Shown here: in pieces, positions 53,764-63,536 of the stretch
Layout of the letters: each line of letters starts with the position of its first letter
Position numbering within the stretch: the stretch's first letter is position 1
NCBI GenBank assembly: GCA_963708295.1
Contig: CAVPSJ010000017.1
Coordinates: 192,001 to 256,000, forward strand
From: an uncultured delta proteobacterium
GTDB lineage: Bacteria > Desulfobacterota > BSN033 > UBA1163
DNA length: 64,000 bases
Direction: 5' to 3'
Translations under genes and position numbers: made by a program
Notes under the pieces: model-generated
The model's input: only the letters and a program-made list of their open reading frames with translations
What the model was told of the DNA's origin: nothing
Databases searched by the model: none

Positions 53764-53968
53764 GGAGACGTAGGGGCCAACCGATGCCAAGTTGTTTTAG
53801 AAGCAACGTCGCCCTCGTTGACGTACCGTGGCAGGATATCCGCACCACCTCTTAAGAAAAAATCTTGACATTTCTGTAGACATCTCTATATCGTAATTCC
53901 TGTTCCAAACGGATACCGTGCAGTCATAGAGTTTATTCTTAATATCACCAAAGGATGGATAGGATCTG

Positions 53969-54319
53969 ATGAAGAACGGTGAGTATAGAGGGTTTGGGTG
54001 TATCCCTTTGCTGGTTCCTCTGCTTTTCTTTCTTACGGTTTGTGCACCCAAATCCGATCTCGTGGGGAAGTGGAAAGAGGTTGGAAAGGCGGCCACGATG
54101 GAATTTTCCAAAGATGGCACCTTTAAAGCGGTTGACGATCAAGGCATGGCTGTATCTGGCACCTATACCTTTTCCAAAGATGGGCAATTGCGGTGTGAGA
54201 TTAAACAAAAAGAGGGGGCGGAAGAAATAGTCAACCTAAAGATCTCCATGAGAGGAGATGATCTGACGCTGACCTCTTCAGACAGCAGCGAGGCTGAACA
54301 TTACAGAAGAGCAAAGTGA
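53969..54319 (+). CDS. Small exported beta-rich protein (possible lipoprotein)
   Basis: Hydrophobic leader with Cys; LVGKW...EFSKDGTF...GTY. Confidence 0.65.
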   Translation: MKNGEYRGFGCIPLLVPLLFFLTVCAPKSDLVGKWKEVGKAATMEFSKDGTFKAVDDQGMAVSGTYTFSKDGQLRCEIKQKEGAEEIVNLKISMRGDDLTLTSSDSSEAEHYRRAK

Positions 54320-54360
54320 CCAGGATGATTTTTAAGTTTTAATGACAAGCGCAGGTTGCC

Positions 54361-55518
54361 ATGAAAGGGACGAAAATGGAGAGTTGGTTGAAGAGGTTTA
54401 TACCCATTTTTTTAAGCCTATTTTTAAGCCTGTTATTGATTACCTGCGCGGGTCCTGCCCACAAAAAAACCGATGAAGGGATCGATCCCGGATTCTGTAT
54501 GGGCTGCCACATAGAAAGAACCCCTGCGCTCTTCCAGGCCTGGGTGGGATCTAAACATGCTGCGAATGGGGTGACCTGCGTCACCTGTCATAAAGACCAC
54601 GAGGCCGCCTATGGACCGAAAGCAACGGTTTCCACCGAAAAGTGCGGGGAATGCCATTCCAAGCAAGTGGGGGAGTTCCGCAAGAGCCGTCACTCTCTGG
54701 GTTGGGAACGTATGCGCACCCATGGGGAATACCTGGGCATCCCCGAGCAGATTCGTTCCGCCTTTTGTGAGCGCTGCCACCTGGTCGAGAAAAAATGTAA
54801 CAGCTGCCATGCCTCCCATGCTTTTTCAAGTAAAACGGCGAGCGAGCCGGAGGCCTGCGGGAACTGCCATCTCGGCCCGGATCATCCGCATAAGGAGATG
54901 TATGAGACTTCTCTCCATGGGATGATCTATAAAATGACGCAGAATCCGGAAAGGGCGCCTCGTTGCGTCACCTGCCATATGCCGGGGGGGACCCATGACA
55001 CCAGCTTCGGCATTGCCCGGGGTCCTGTAGGAACTAAATCGAGGGTCGTGGACCTCAAAGGAAATCCCATCTCCAGGGAAGAGGAGGAAAAAAGACGGGA
55101 AGAGATGATCCAAATTTGCACGGGTTGCCATTCCAGAAGGTTTGCCGTAGAACAACTGGAAAATGCCGACCAGGTCAAAGAAGAAGCCTTTAAATTGCAG
55201 GGTAAAGGGGAGGAGGTCATCCAGGAGTTGGAAAAGAAAGGATTGCTCTATCCTTCCGTGGCAGAAAGGTTTCCTCACCCGACCGAAGGTCAAAAACTGA
55301 TCCTCAGTGATCCCCAGCTTTATATCGGGACATCCGACATCGAAGGGCGTTTCTTCCGAATGTTCAAATTTCATTCCATTAGAGTCTGGAAGAGCGGATA
55401 TCACTTTAGTCCGGCCTATGTTCACCGTTATGGCTGGTCCGAGATGCAGTTGGACCTGATTGATATTCAAGAAGAATCTAATAAATTAAAAGAGCTGTTC
55501 AAAGACAGAAAAAAATGA
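54361..55518 (+). CDS. Octaheme cytochrome c, HAO-family spacing, probable lipoprotein
   Basis: 8 CxxCH motifs; CxxCHxxHxF...PEACGNCHLGPDHP...SLHG. Confidence 0.9.
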   Translation: MKGTKMESWLKRFIPIFLSLFLSLLLITCAGPAHKKTDEGIDPGFCMGCHIERTPALFQAWVGSKHAANGVTCVTCHKDHEAAYGPKATVSTEKCGECHSKQVGEFRKSRHSLGWERMRTHGEYLGIPEQIRSAFCERCHLVEKKCNSCHASHAFSSKTASEPEACGNCHLGPDHPHKEMYETSLHGMIYKMTQNPERAPRCVTCHMPGGTHDTSFGIARGPVGTKSRVVDLKGNPISREEEEKRREEMIQICTGCHSRRFAVEQLENADQVKEEAFKLQGKGEEVIQELEKKGLLYPSVAERFPHPTEGQKLILSDPQLYIGTSDIEGRFFRMFKFHSIRVWKSGYHFSPAYVHRYGWSEMQLDLIDIQEESNKLKELFKDRKK

Positions 55519-55558
55519 GTTTGTTTCCGGTTGCAAGGCTTGTGTTTTCCAAAAACTT

Positions 55559-56635
55559 ATGAGGAGGTTCATGATGCTGAGAAAGGTCCTGTTTTTATCT
55601 ATCTTCCTCATCCTTCCTTTATCTTCATTCCAGTTGAAGGCGGAGGAAAAGAGCAGCGACTGCCTGGCCTGCCACCAGAAAGATACCCGGGGAATTTTCC
55701 ATGCCTGGGTGAACAGCAAGCATTTTAAGAATGGGGTGGATTGCGTTACCTGTCACAAAAGCCATCAAGAAGCCAAGCCCAAGAAATCAGCGGTGGAGCC
55801 TGAGGTTTGTGGAAAATGCCACCCTAAACAATTTGAACAGTTTCAGCAGGGCAGACATTCCATAACATGGGACCGGATGAAAGCACATCGTCAGTACCAG
55901 ACCCTTCCCGACCCCTTGAAGAAGGCTCTTTGCGAGCGCTGCCACAATATTCAGAACAAGTGCAACAGCTGTCATACTTCCCATGCTTTCAACGCCGAGG
56001 AAGCCCGGGAACCCGAGTCATGTAAAAAATGCCACACGGGCATGGCCGGACCCCATGACGAAATGTATGCTTCCTCTATTCATGGGACCATTTATGCCGC
56101 CGAGAAAAACTCGAGAAGGACCGCTACGTGCGTCACCTGCCATATGCATAAGGGAACCCATGATTCCAGTTTCGGAGTTATTTACGACTCCCTGGGGAAT
56201 GCGGCTGACAAAAATGGCAGACCCCTTTCCAAGCAAGAGCAGGAAAAGATCAGGCAGCCTTTGGTCAAAGAGGTTTGTCATCAATGTCATATTCCGGATT
56301 TGACCATGGAACGTTTCGAGCTGGCCGACCAGGTTAAGAATGAGGCAAAAAAGGTTCTGGCAGAGGCAGAAAAGACGATCCGGGAACTGGAGGAAGAAGG
56401 GATTCTCCCGCGCGGAATCACCCTGGGTCAGAATCAACTCTACTCGGGCACCTCCCGGATTGAGGGACTTTATTACCGCATGTTCCAATTCCATAATGTC
56501 TACGCTTGGAAAGGAGCCTATCATTTCAGCGCGGATTTTGCTCACTGGTATGGGTGGGCCCATCTTCAGCTGTCTCTGATTGAAATCAAGGAGGAAGCCC
56601 GGAAGCTAAGAGAACTGGCCAAGCTCAAAAAATAA
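55559..56635 (+). CDS. Octaheme cytochrome c, HAO-family spacing, paralog 2
   Basis: 8 CxxCH motifs; signal peptide; colinear with the upstream paralog. Confidence 0.9.
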   Translation: MRRFMMLRKVLFLSIFLILPLSSFQLKAEEKSSDCLACHQKDTRGIFHAWVNSKHFKNGVDCVTCHKSHQEAKPKKSAVEPEVCGKCHPKQFEQFQQGRHSITWDRMKAHRQYQTLPDPLKKALCERCHNIQNKCNSCHTSHAFNAEEAREPESCKKCHTGMAGPHDEMYASSIHGTIYAAEKNSRRTATCVTCHMHKGTHDSSFGVIYDSLGNAADKNGRPLSKQEQEKIRQPLVKEVCHQCHIPDLTMERFELADQVKNEAKKVLAEAEKTIRELEEEGILPRGITLGQNQLYSGTSRIEGLYYRMFQFHNVYAWKGAYHFSADFAHWYGWAHLQLSLIEIKEEARKLRELAKLKK

Positions 56636-56884
56636 GCCTGGCCTCATCGGTCACAAAATCAGTTGTGAATCACTGCTCTCTATTCGCTGTTTTCGATACC
56701 TTGGATGAAGGAACGCCATCTTCCGCCGGTTTGCTCGAAGAGGATTCGAATCTTATGCCAGATGGGATTGATTGTAGTATCCCTAATCCCCTGGGTGGTC
56801 AAGGACGTTTTTGCAGATGTTTCGGCGAGCGGGGGGTCTAACAGACCTCAGATCTTATTCGTAAAAAATATGGAAGGAAACGAA

Positions 56885-57644
56885 ATGATCGAAAACACAA
56901 ACCTTTACGAGACAATATTCAAACGGAAATCAATCAGACAATACGATCTGACTCCGCTGGATGGGCATACGCTCGCGGAGGTTATGGGACGTACGGGCGC
57001 CTTAAAGCCCCTGTATGATGATATCAAAATCGAGATGAAACTTTTGTCGCAAAAGGATGTGAAGGGTTTATTTTTGGCAAAAGCCCCCCATTATCTTGCA
57101 GTATTTTCAGAAAACAAAGATGGATATCTAACGAATGCTGGCTTTATGCTGCAGCAGATGGACTTGTTCTTTTCGGCGAACGGTATCGGCAGCTGTTGGC
57201 AAGGGAGTGGCGAAACCGACAAAAGAAATATTGAACAGATCAAAGCTTGAGTTTGTCATTTTATTGGCGTTTGGTAAGCCAAAAGAAAGATTGCATCGGG
57301 AAAGCGTTTCGGAATTCAAGAGGAAACCGCTTGGGGAAATGACTGACATTAAGGGCGCAGATGAGTTATTGGAACCTGCTCGCCTTGCCCCGTCTGCAGT
57401 GAATCGGCAGCAGTGGTTTTTCACGGGCAACGCCGGCACCCTTCATGCCTATCGCGTTAAATCAAGCATTCTAACAGCCTTTATGTTTGAAAGGATGAGC
57501 AAGATTAGTATGGGGATTGCCATCTGCCACGTGTGGATGGCCGCGAAACACTTCGGCAAAGAAGTTGAATTCATATTTGATAAGGAGGCACAAAATAATC
57601 CTCCAGCCGGGCATGAATATGTCATCACTATAAAAATAAAATAA
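56885..57644 (+). CDS. Nitroreductase family protein, frameshift near 57203
   Basis: IFKRKSIRQY, GIGSCWQG, ARLAPSAVNRQQW; extra G in CAAGGGAGTG. Confidence 0.82.
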
Positions 57645-58342
57645 ATCCTGAGCATTTCGATCATCCCTCAGCCGATCCCTCAATCTCCTTCGCCCCCCTG
57701 GCTCACCAATCAGCCACTAGACTTATTCCTTCTTCTTCCGAAGACGAGCATTCCCTAAGCACGTTCTGCATGAACGTCCCTCTCTCGTCCCTTGATTTTA
57801 TGGATGTCCCCCTCGTCGACAGGTAATTCTATTAAATTAGGAGATAATTTTCCAAAACCTATTTTTCTATTGACTAATAGCACATTTTGTGGTAGGGAAA
57901 CTAACGGAATACCATATTTTGTGTTATTAGAAACGCCCATTTACAGATATGGTCATCTGTCGACAATACAGAATTAAAGATCGTCACTTGTAACCAGTTG
58001 TCTTTATTCAATTGACACTGGGACGGTCGTAAGTAGTTCTGACAAAAGGCAGTGGCGGCAGTCGCTAAATGGGTGAGACAAACGTCACACCAAAAAGAAT
58101 GCACCGAGGAGGGATAACCCTGTTAGCCCTTCCGGCGTGCATCCCTCTCCCTGGAACACCGCTTATTGAAACACGCTACACTACAGACAAAAAGAAGACC
58201 ATACAGCGGCGCGAGTTGCCAAGAGTTGCGCTGATTCAAATTGGAGATGGTTATTCTGGAGAGGGCGACGAGGATATTCGCTCGTCCTGGGATGTAAGCG
58301 TATATGTCTATCGTCACTTCGAATGAAAAGGAGGTGTGAGGT

Positions 58343-59476
58343 ATGAAGACGATTGCCATAGCAAATCAGAAAGGTGGATGCAGTAAGACGACAACCGCCA
58401 TAAATGTAAGCGCCGCATTAGCCGCCACCGGAAGAAGGGTTCTCCTTATCGATTTGGACCCTCAGGCTCATGCAACCTTTGGTTTGAGGGCAAGTAACCT
58501 GCCAACAGACAAATCCATTTACTACGTCTTGACGGACAGTCCCGAGAAGAGGCGGTCATTGGACAGTTGCATAGCAAATGTCTCCCGGAACTTTGACATT
58601 GTGCCGTCAAATATCCAGCTGAGCACTCTGGAGCAGGAGTTCAAAGGTAAAGAGGACGCGGTCTCAGAACTTTACAGAGTATTGTCCTCCTCCCCGTCAA
58701 CGTACGAATACATCATAATTGATTGTCCGCCCAGCCTCGGTTTCCTCACCTTCAATGCCCTGAGAGCCGCTGACCAGGTCATCGTCCCCGTCGACATGAG
58801 CGCCTTTACCCTTATGGGCGTCGGTAAGCTCCTGGGAATGGTCGAGCTCATCAAGACGAAGATCGGACACGCTCCCCGGCTGAATGTACTCGCCACGCTT
58901 TTTGACATGCGCACGACGTATTCGCAGTCGGTCCTCGAAGAAGTAAAGGCTTTCTTTGGAGATCAGATGTTCCAGACCGTCATACGACTCAACGTCGCAC
59001 TCAAGCGAGCGGTATCCGAGGGTGTCTCCGTCATTGATTTCGATAAGACATCGAACGGCGCCAAGGACTATACCGCACTTTGCTATGAGACACTGAGGCT
59101 TGACGGTGTAAAGCATCCTGAAAAACCGATCGCGTCATCCATCTCTGTTCAGGTTCCCGAAAAACGAGAAAGTGTCTCGTCCCCACAAAAGGAGATCGAA
59201 AAATCATTCGAGCCGGATATAAAGGAAGTGACATTCGCTCTGGAATCGTCGGCAGCGAAAGACATCCACGTCGCCGGTGACTTTAACGATTGGAAGATAA
59301 ACGATGAGAGCAGGCTTGCCCTTGGCGAAAACGGGTGCTGGGAGAAGCGAGTGACGTTACCTCACGGCAGATACCGATACAAATTTATTGTTGACGGTGA
59401 GTGGACAATAGACTCGAAGAATCAAGCACGTGAGATAAATACATTCGGAAGCTTCGACTCCGTGATGGAAATCTAA
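58343..59476 (+). CDS. ParA/Soj family ATPase fused to a C-terminal glycogen-binding (AMPK-beta/CBM48-like) domain
   Basis: NQKGGCSKTTT, DLDPQ, DCPPSLG; C-terminal VAGDFNDW...YRYKFIVDGEW..D. Confidence 0.88.
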   Translation: MKTIAIANQKGGCSKTTTAINVSAALAATGRRVLLIDLDPQAHATFGLRASNLPTDKSIYYVLTDSPEKRRSLDSCIANVSRNFDIVPSNIQLSTLEQEFKGKEDAVSELYRVLSSSPSTYEYIIIDCPPSLGFLTFNALRAADQVIVPVDMSAFTLMGVGKLLGMVELIKTKIGHAPRLNVLATLFDMRTTYSQSVLEEVKAFFGDQMFQTVIRLNVALKRAVSEGVSVIDFDKTSNGAKDYTALCYETLRLDGVKHPEKPIASSISVQVPEKRESVSSPQKEIEKSFEPDIKEVTFALESSAAKDIHVAGDFNDWKINDESRLALGENGCWEKRVTLPHGRYRYKFIVDGEWTIDSKNQAREINTFGSFDSVMEI

Positions 59477-59522
59477 TCGAGCAAGGCAGGGATGGAGTGG
59501 AATAGGCTAGAAAGGAGAACCC

Positions 59523-59960
59523 ATGCCATTCATCCGTAAAAGACGCATTTGGTGGGAACCTGTTTCCGAAGCGACGAGCTATGTGGTGTATGTCAGCAAA
59601 GATGACAAAACTCATGATCCTGCTAAGTTCTTGTGGGAGAATACACCTGACATCGTTTCTAAGCCAGTCATCGGGAAGACGGAGTTGATTGTCCCGGACG
59701 AATGGCCTGAATTCCCAAAGGAACCAGGAACATACCACATCGGGATTACATCCAGAGACGATGTGGAGAATCAAAGCGACCCCTTCTTGTTGTCGGGGCT
59801 ATTCAAATTTCTTGCCCCACCTTCACCTTCGAAAGGTGGGATCGAGAGTCTCCCGTTGGTTCGTTCCATATCGCGCCAGGGACGAACGATCATTCAGGGA
59901 GGCCTTGAAGAGGTGAGGGACAACGAAGAGGTGCTGGATGTATATCTCGGGGGCTCGTGA
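59523..59960 (+). CDS. Hypothetical protein (fibronectin type III-like)
   Basis: WEPV..ATSYVVY...GTYHIGITSRDDVENQS; AAGGAG RBS. Confidence 0.65.
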   Translation: MPFIRKRRIWWEPVSEATSYVVYVSKDDKTHDPAKFLWENTPDIVSKPVIGKTELIVPDEWPEFPKEPGTYHIGITSRDDVENQSDPFLLSGLFKFLAPPSPSKGGIESLPLVRSISRQGRTIIQGGLEEVRDNEEVLDVYLGGS

Positions 59961-60079
59961 TAGCCTAACAAGGTACTTTCTATTTTATACTAGAGAGGGC
60001 TCGTACCTATTTGGGAAATCGTATCCAGCACATAGGTCCCTCCGGACTGAGGATTTGACTAACCTGACCCCATCCCACT

Positions 60080-60225
60080 GGCTGTTTGGGATCAAAATAC
60101 ATTGTGGCTATCAATAAGGATAAGGAGGCGAATATCTTCAACGTAGCCCACTTCGGTATCGTCGGGGATATAAAGAAATCCTGCCTGCTCTGATTGCGAA
60201 ATTGAAGGAGCTAAAATCAGCATAG
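60080..60225 (+). pseudogene. Orphan 3' fragment of etfA
   Basis: Aligns by eye with 37163-37309, with substitutions and a 1-nt deletion. Confidence 0.85.
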
Positions 60226-60230
60226 GCAAT

Positions 60231-61457
60231 TTATGAGAGGACCAAGCCCAGCGGCAAGGCCCAAAGTCTTTCTCCGAGCTGTACTGCTTCCGTCCCATTG
60301 TAGCAAAGCACCCCTGCCACACAATGGGGCGTGGCCGCAAGGAAAGTTTCCAATCCCGACAAGTCCTTTTTTTGCCACCGAGCTGACGACTTCACTTCTA
60401 TGGCAAGACAGTTTCGACCCACTTCAATGATGAAATCTACCTCATTTCTCCCTTGGATGCTCCAGAAATAGAGTTGAGCTTCCTTCCATCGGGTATTGAC
60501 GATGGCGAACAGGTTTTGAGCGACGTAGGTCTCAAACAGCGCTCCCAGAAGCGGCTCTTGGTAATCCATCCGGAAGTTCTCAATTCCCGCCATGAAGCAG
60601 GCAAGCCCGGAATCGCTGATATAGACCTTCGGAGATTTGATCAAGCGACTTGCTCTATTCCTCAAGTAAGGGTTGAGTTTCGAAATGACGAAAGATGTCT
60701 CCAGCAGAGAAACATAACGTGATGTGGTGGCGGAGGTAAGCTTCGCATCCCTGCCAAGCTGGCTCACGTTTAGAATTTGACCCGTTCTCAGGCATAACAG
60801 ATGAAGAAGGTTCCGATAAGCGACAATATTTTCGATCTGGCTGATTTCTCTGATGTCTCTTTCAAGGTAGGTTTGCTCGTAGCCTTTGAACCAAAAAGTT
60901 CGATCCTCGACATCGCCAAGACAGACCGTGGGCATTCCGCCTTTCAGAATATCTTCAGGCTCGGTAGGCTTAAATTCCTTATGCTTAGGTATCTGCCGGT
61001 TTTCAAAAAATCTTTCCAAGAAAGGCTGCTCCCCGACCCGCCTGTCAATTTCCCTTCGGCTGAAGGGGTGCATTTGAAAGTAAATGGAGCGGCCAGCCAG
61101 ACTCTCCGTTATTCCTCTCAGCAAGGTGAAATTGGCCGATCCCGAAAGCAGAAACTGGCCCGGTTTTCTTTTTCTATCCACGATCCTTTTTATCGAAGTA
61201 AAGATCTCCGGGCATTTGTGCGCTTCGTCAATCGTCAGAGGCTCATCGGAGTTTACAAAGCGATCGGGGTCTGACTTGGCAGCGGAGAGTTGAGCAAAGT
61301 CGTCAAAAGAGATGAACCGCCTTGCCTCGGGAGGAAACTGGTGCTGAAGGAATGTGGTTTTCCCGGTTTGCCGCAATCCTGTAATGGCGACGACAGGCAT
61401 GTTCTTGAGGGCACTGAGAACCGTCGGAGCCAGGTCTCTTTCAAAATATGTTGTCAT
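60231..61457 (-). CDS. AAA_14 + DUF4143 family ATPase
   Basis: GLRQTGKTT, IDEAH, LSGSA, GGMP, TYLERD, EVDF..AIEVK. Confidence 0.9.
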   Translation of the reverse strand: MTTYFERDLAPTVLSALKNMPVVAITGLRQTGKTTFLQHQFPPEARRFISFDDFAQLSAAKSDPDRFVNSDEPLTIDEAHKCPEIFTSIKRIVDRKRKPGQFLLSGSANFTLLRGITESLAGRSIYFQMHPFSRREIDRRVGEQPFLERFFENRQIPKHKEFKPTEPEDILKGGMPTVCLGDVEDRTFWFKGYEQTYLERDIREISQIENIVAYRNLLHLLCLRTGQILNVSQLGRDAKLTSATTSRYVSLLETSFVISKLNPYLRNRASRLIKSPKVYISDSGLACFMAGIENFRMDYQEPLLGALFETYVAQNLFAIVNTRWKEAQLYFWSIQGRNEVDFIIEVGRNCLAIEVKSSARWQKKDLSGLETFLAATPHCVAGVLCYNGTEAVQLGERLWALPLGLVLS

Positions 61458-61606
61458 AATGGCATATAGTATAATGTCATAATGCCATTGTCAAGTGATA
61501 AATTATGACAGTCAACGGACGGACCGTTCAGCATATCATTAATGCTTCCTGCAACCAGTTTTTGGTGGTTGCTGCTAAAAGGTGTAGATTCCAATCGCTG
61601 ACACGT

Positions 61607-61882
61607 TTCACCGCAGAGCCACGGAGATCGCTGAGGAAGATTTTTCTTCTGCTCCGATCGGCCACCGGCTCAGAGAGCCTATGGCTCGGAGAGGAGACGG
61701 CGACCTGCCTGCCCGAAGCCGCTTCGGCGAAGACAGGTTGAAGCAGAAACTCCGTCCGTTTGATGGCTGTCGTACTATCATGAGTCTTATCTTTTCTTAG
61801 AATTAGAAATCTTTTTATTTGGCGGTATCTCCCCGCCAAACAAAAAGCCCTTTCTCCGCGTTCTCTGCGGCTCCGCGGTGAA
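61607..61882. mobile_element. MITE-like palindromic element, copy 2 with two nested inserts (276 bp)
   Basis: Same ends and body as 52730-52939, plus 32-bp and 34-bp insertions. Confidence 0.8.
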
Positions 61883-61894
61883 AATGTTATTTTT

Positions 61895-62018
61895 CCCCTT
61901 CGAGTCTCACATCGAGCGGGAGCGTCAGGGACTATCCTCCTGTGCAGCTCACCCTGACGGGCAGGAAGGATTAAAGGCATTTTCAGAGAAGCGAAAACCA
62001 AAATTCAACGTCAAATGA
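61895..62018 (+). pseudogene. Orphan 3' fragment of the enoyl-CoA hydratase gene
   Basis: Near-copy of 53637-53758. Confidence 0.85.
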
Positions 62019-62485
62019 ATCTTATTTATATTTAGATAGATCATTACAAAAATAGAAATTTATATTTTTATGGACGTCCCCCTTGTCCGTTCTCCCCTGG
62101 CTCACCGATCTCTCCCCCACGTTCAGCATTTTCCTATACGGCTTATCAACAACGAAGAACTGACCCGGTTACTCCCAATCATTCAAGCGAGTTTGATTTT
62201 ATGCAATTCAATCTAGACAACAATGTCCCCCATGTCCATACTTATATCCAGATAGATTATTATAAAAGTAGAAATCTATAATTTTGTGGACGCCCCCTTA
62301 GTCCCTCCCTATTATCGCGCGCGTTTCCTTCATCTCTCTCTGCTCCCAGCTGGAAAAAACCTAGGAGCCAGGTACGATTTTTTCGCAAGAACCCTAGTCT
62401 TCGCAAGATCGCCATAGACAAAAAACCCAAATTTTGCTTAATACTCCTGAGACAGAAATCAAAACCATAAAGGAGGTGAAGACGG

Positions 62486-62833
62486 ATGAAGAAAGTGCTT
62501 TTCTTGATGGCAGGTGTATTGGTTTTGGCTTCCTTTTTCTTCCTGATGGTTCCCTCTTCCCAGGCCCAGACGAAGGAGGAAAAACAATTCATGAAGCAGC
62601 ATGACAAAGAGATGACCACGTTTATGGAGAAATGCTCCGGGTGCCACAGCCTCCAGCGCATCCTGGCGAAAAAGGCGTCAAAGGAGGAATGGGATAAGGT
62701 CCTCAAGATCATGGCGGGAAAACCCCATGCCAACATCAGCGAGGAGGAGCTCAAGAGGATCCAGAAATGGATCGATTTCATGCAATCAACTGCTACCGCC
62801 GGGACCTTGATGACGTTCGATCCATTGAAATGA
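62486..62833 (+). CDS. Small exported monoheme cytochrome c
   Basis: Signal peptide, CSGCH, distal Met candidate in WDKVLKIM; AAGGAGGTG RBS. Confidence 0.8.
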   Translation: MKKVLFLMAGVLVLASFFFLMVPSSQAQTKEEKQFMKQHDKEMTTFMEKCSGCHSLQRILAKKASKEEWDKVLKIMAGKPHANISEEELKRIQKWIDFMQSTATAGTLMTFDPLK

Positions 62834-62856
62834 AGGATGATCAAAGGAGGCAGTAC

Positions 62857-63500
62857 ATGGATATTCTAAAAAGTATTGAAGAGGCGGTCGTAAAGAGACA
62901 GATGGACGAAGTGAAACGCCTTAACCCAAAAGGCCCTCGACCAGAAAATTTCCACCCAACGATATACTGAATAAGGGTTTGATCAAAGGTCTCGAGACAA
63001 TCGGTAAACTGTTTGAATGCCAGGAAATATTTGTTCCCGAACTTCTCATGGCCGGGCATGGCCATGAAGGATGCCCTGACGATCCTGCTGAGACCGATTC
63101 ATGGAAAAGAGCGACATTCCACCTGTCGGGAAGTTGGTCATCGGCACCGTTGAAGGGGATGTCCACGACATCGGCAAGAACATCGTCTCCATGATGTTTA
63201 CAGGATCGGGTTTCCAGGTCACGGACCTCGGCATCGATGTCTCCGCCCAGAAGTTTGTCGAGACGGTGGAAAAGGAGAAACCCGATGTTCTTGCCCTCTC
63301 CTGCCTCTACACACCGACCCGTCTCGCCATGAACGATGTGATCCGGTTGCTCAAGGAGAAAAACCTGCGCAATCAAGGTGAAGGTCATCGTCGGAGGCGC
63401 TCCCATCGATCAGAACTATGCGGATATGATCGGCGCGGACGGATATGCGCCCGATCCTCCTTCCGGTGTCAGGAAGGTGATGGGCTGGCTGGGGAAATGA
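62857..63500 (+). CDS. Corrinoid (B12-binding) methyltransferase protein, several frameshifts
   Basis: GLETIGKLFECQEIFVPELLMAG, EGDVHDIGKNIV, DLGIDV, VGGAP found across frames. Confidence 0.8.
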
Positions 63501-63536
63501 GGAGGCAGCCAGCAAGAAAACAGAAGGGAGGAGACG

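Noticed and set aside
61528-62001. 157-aa minus-strand ORF
   Set aside because: It runs across the MITE and the pseudogene fragment and has no protein-like features.
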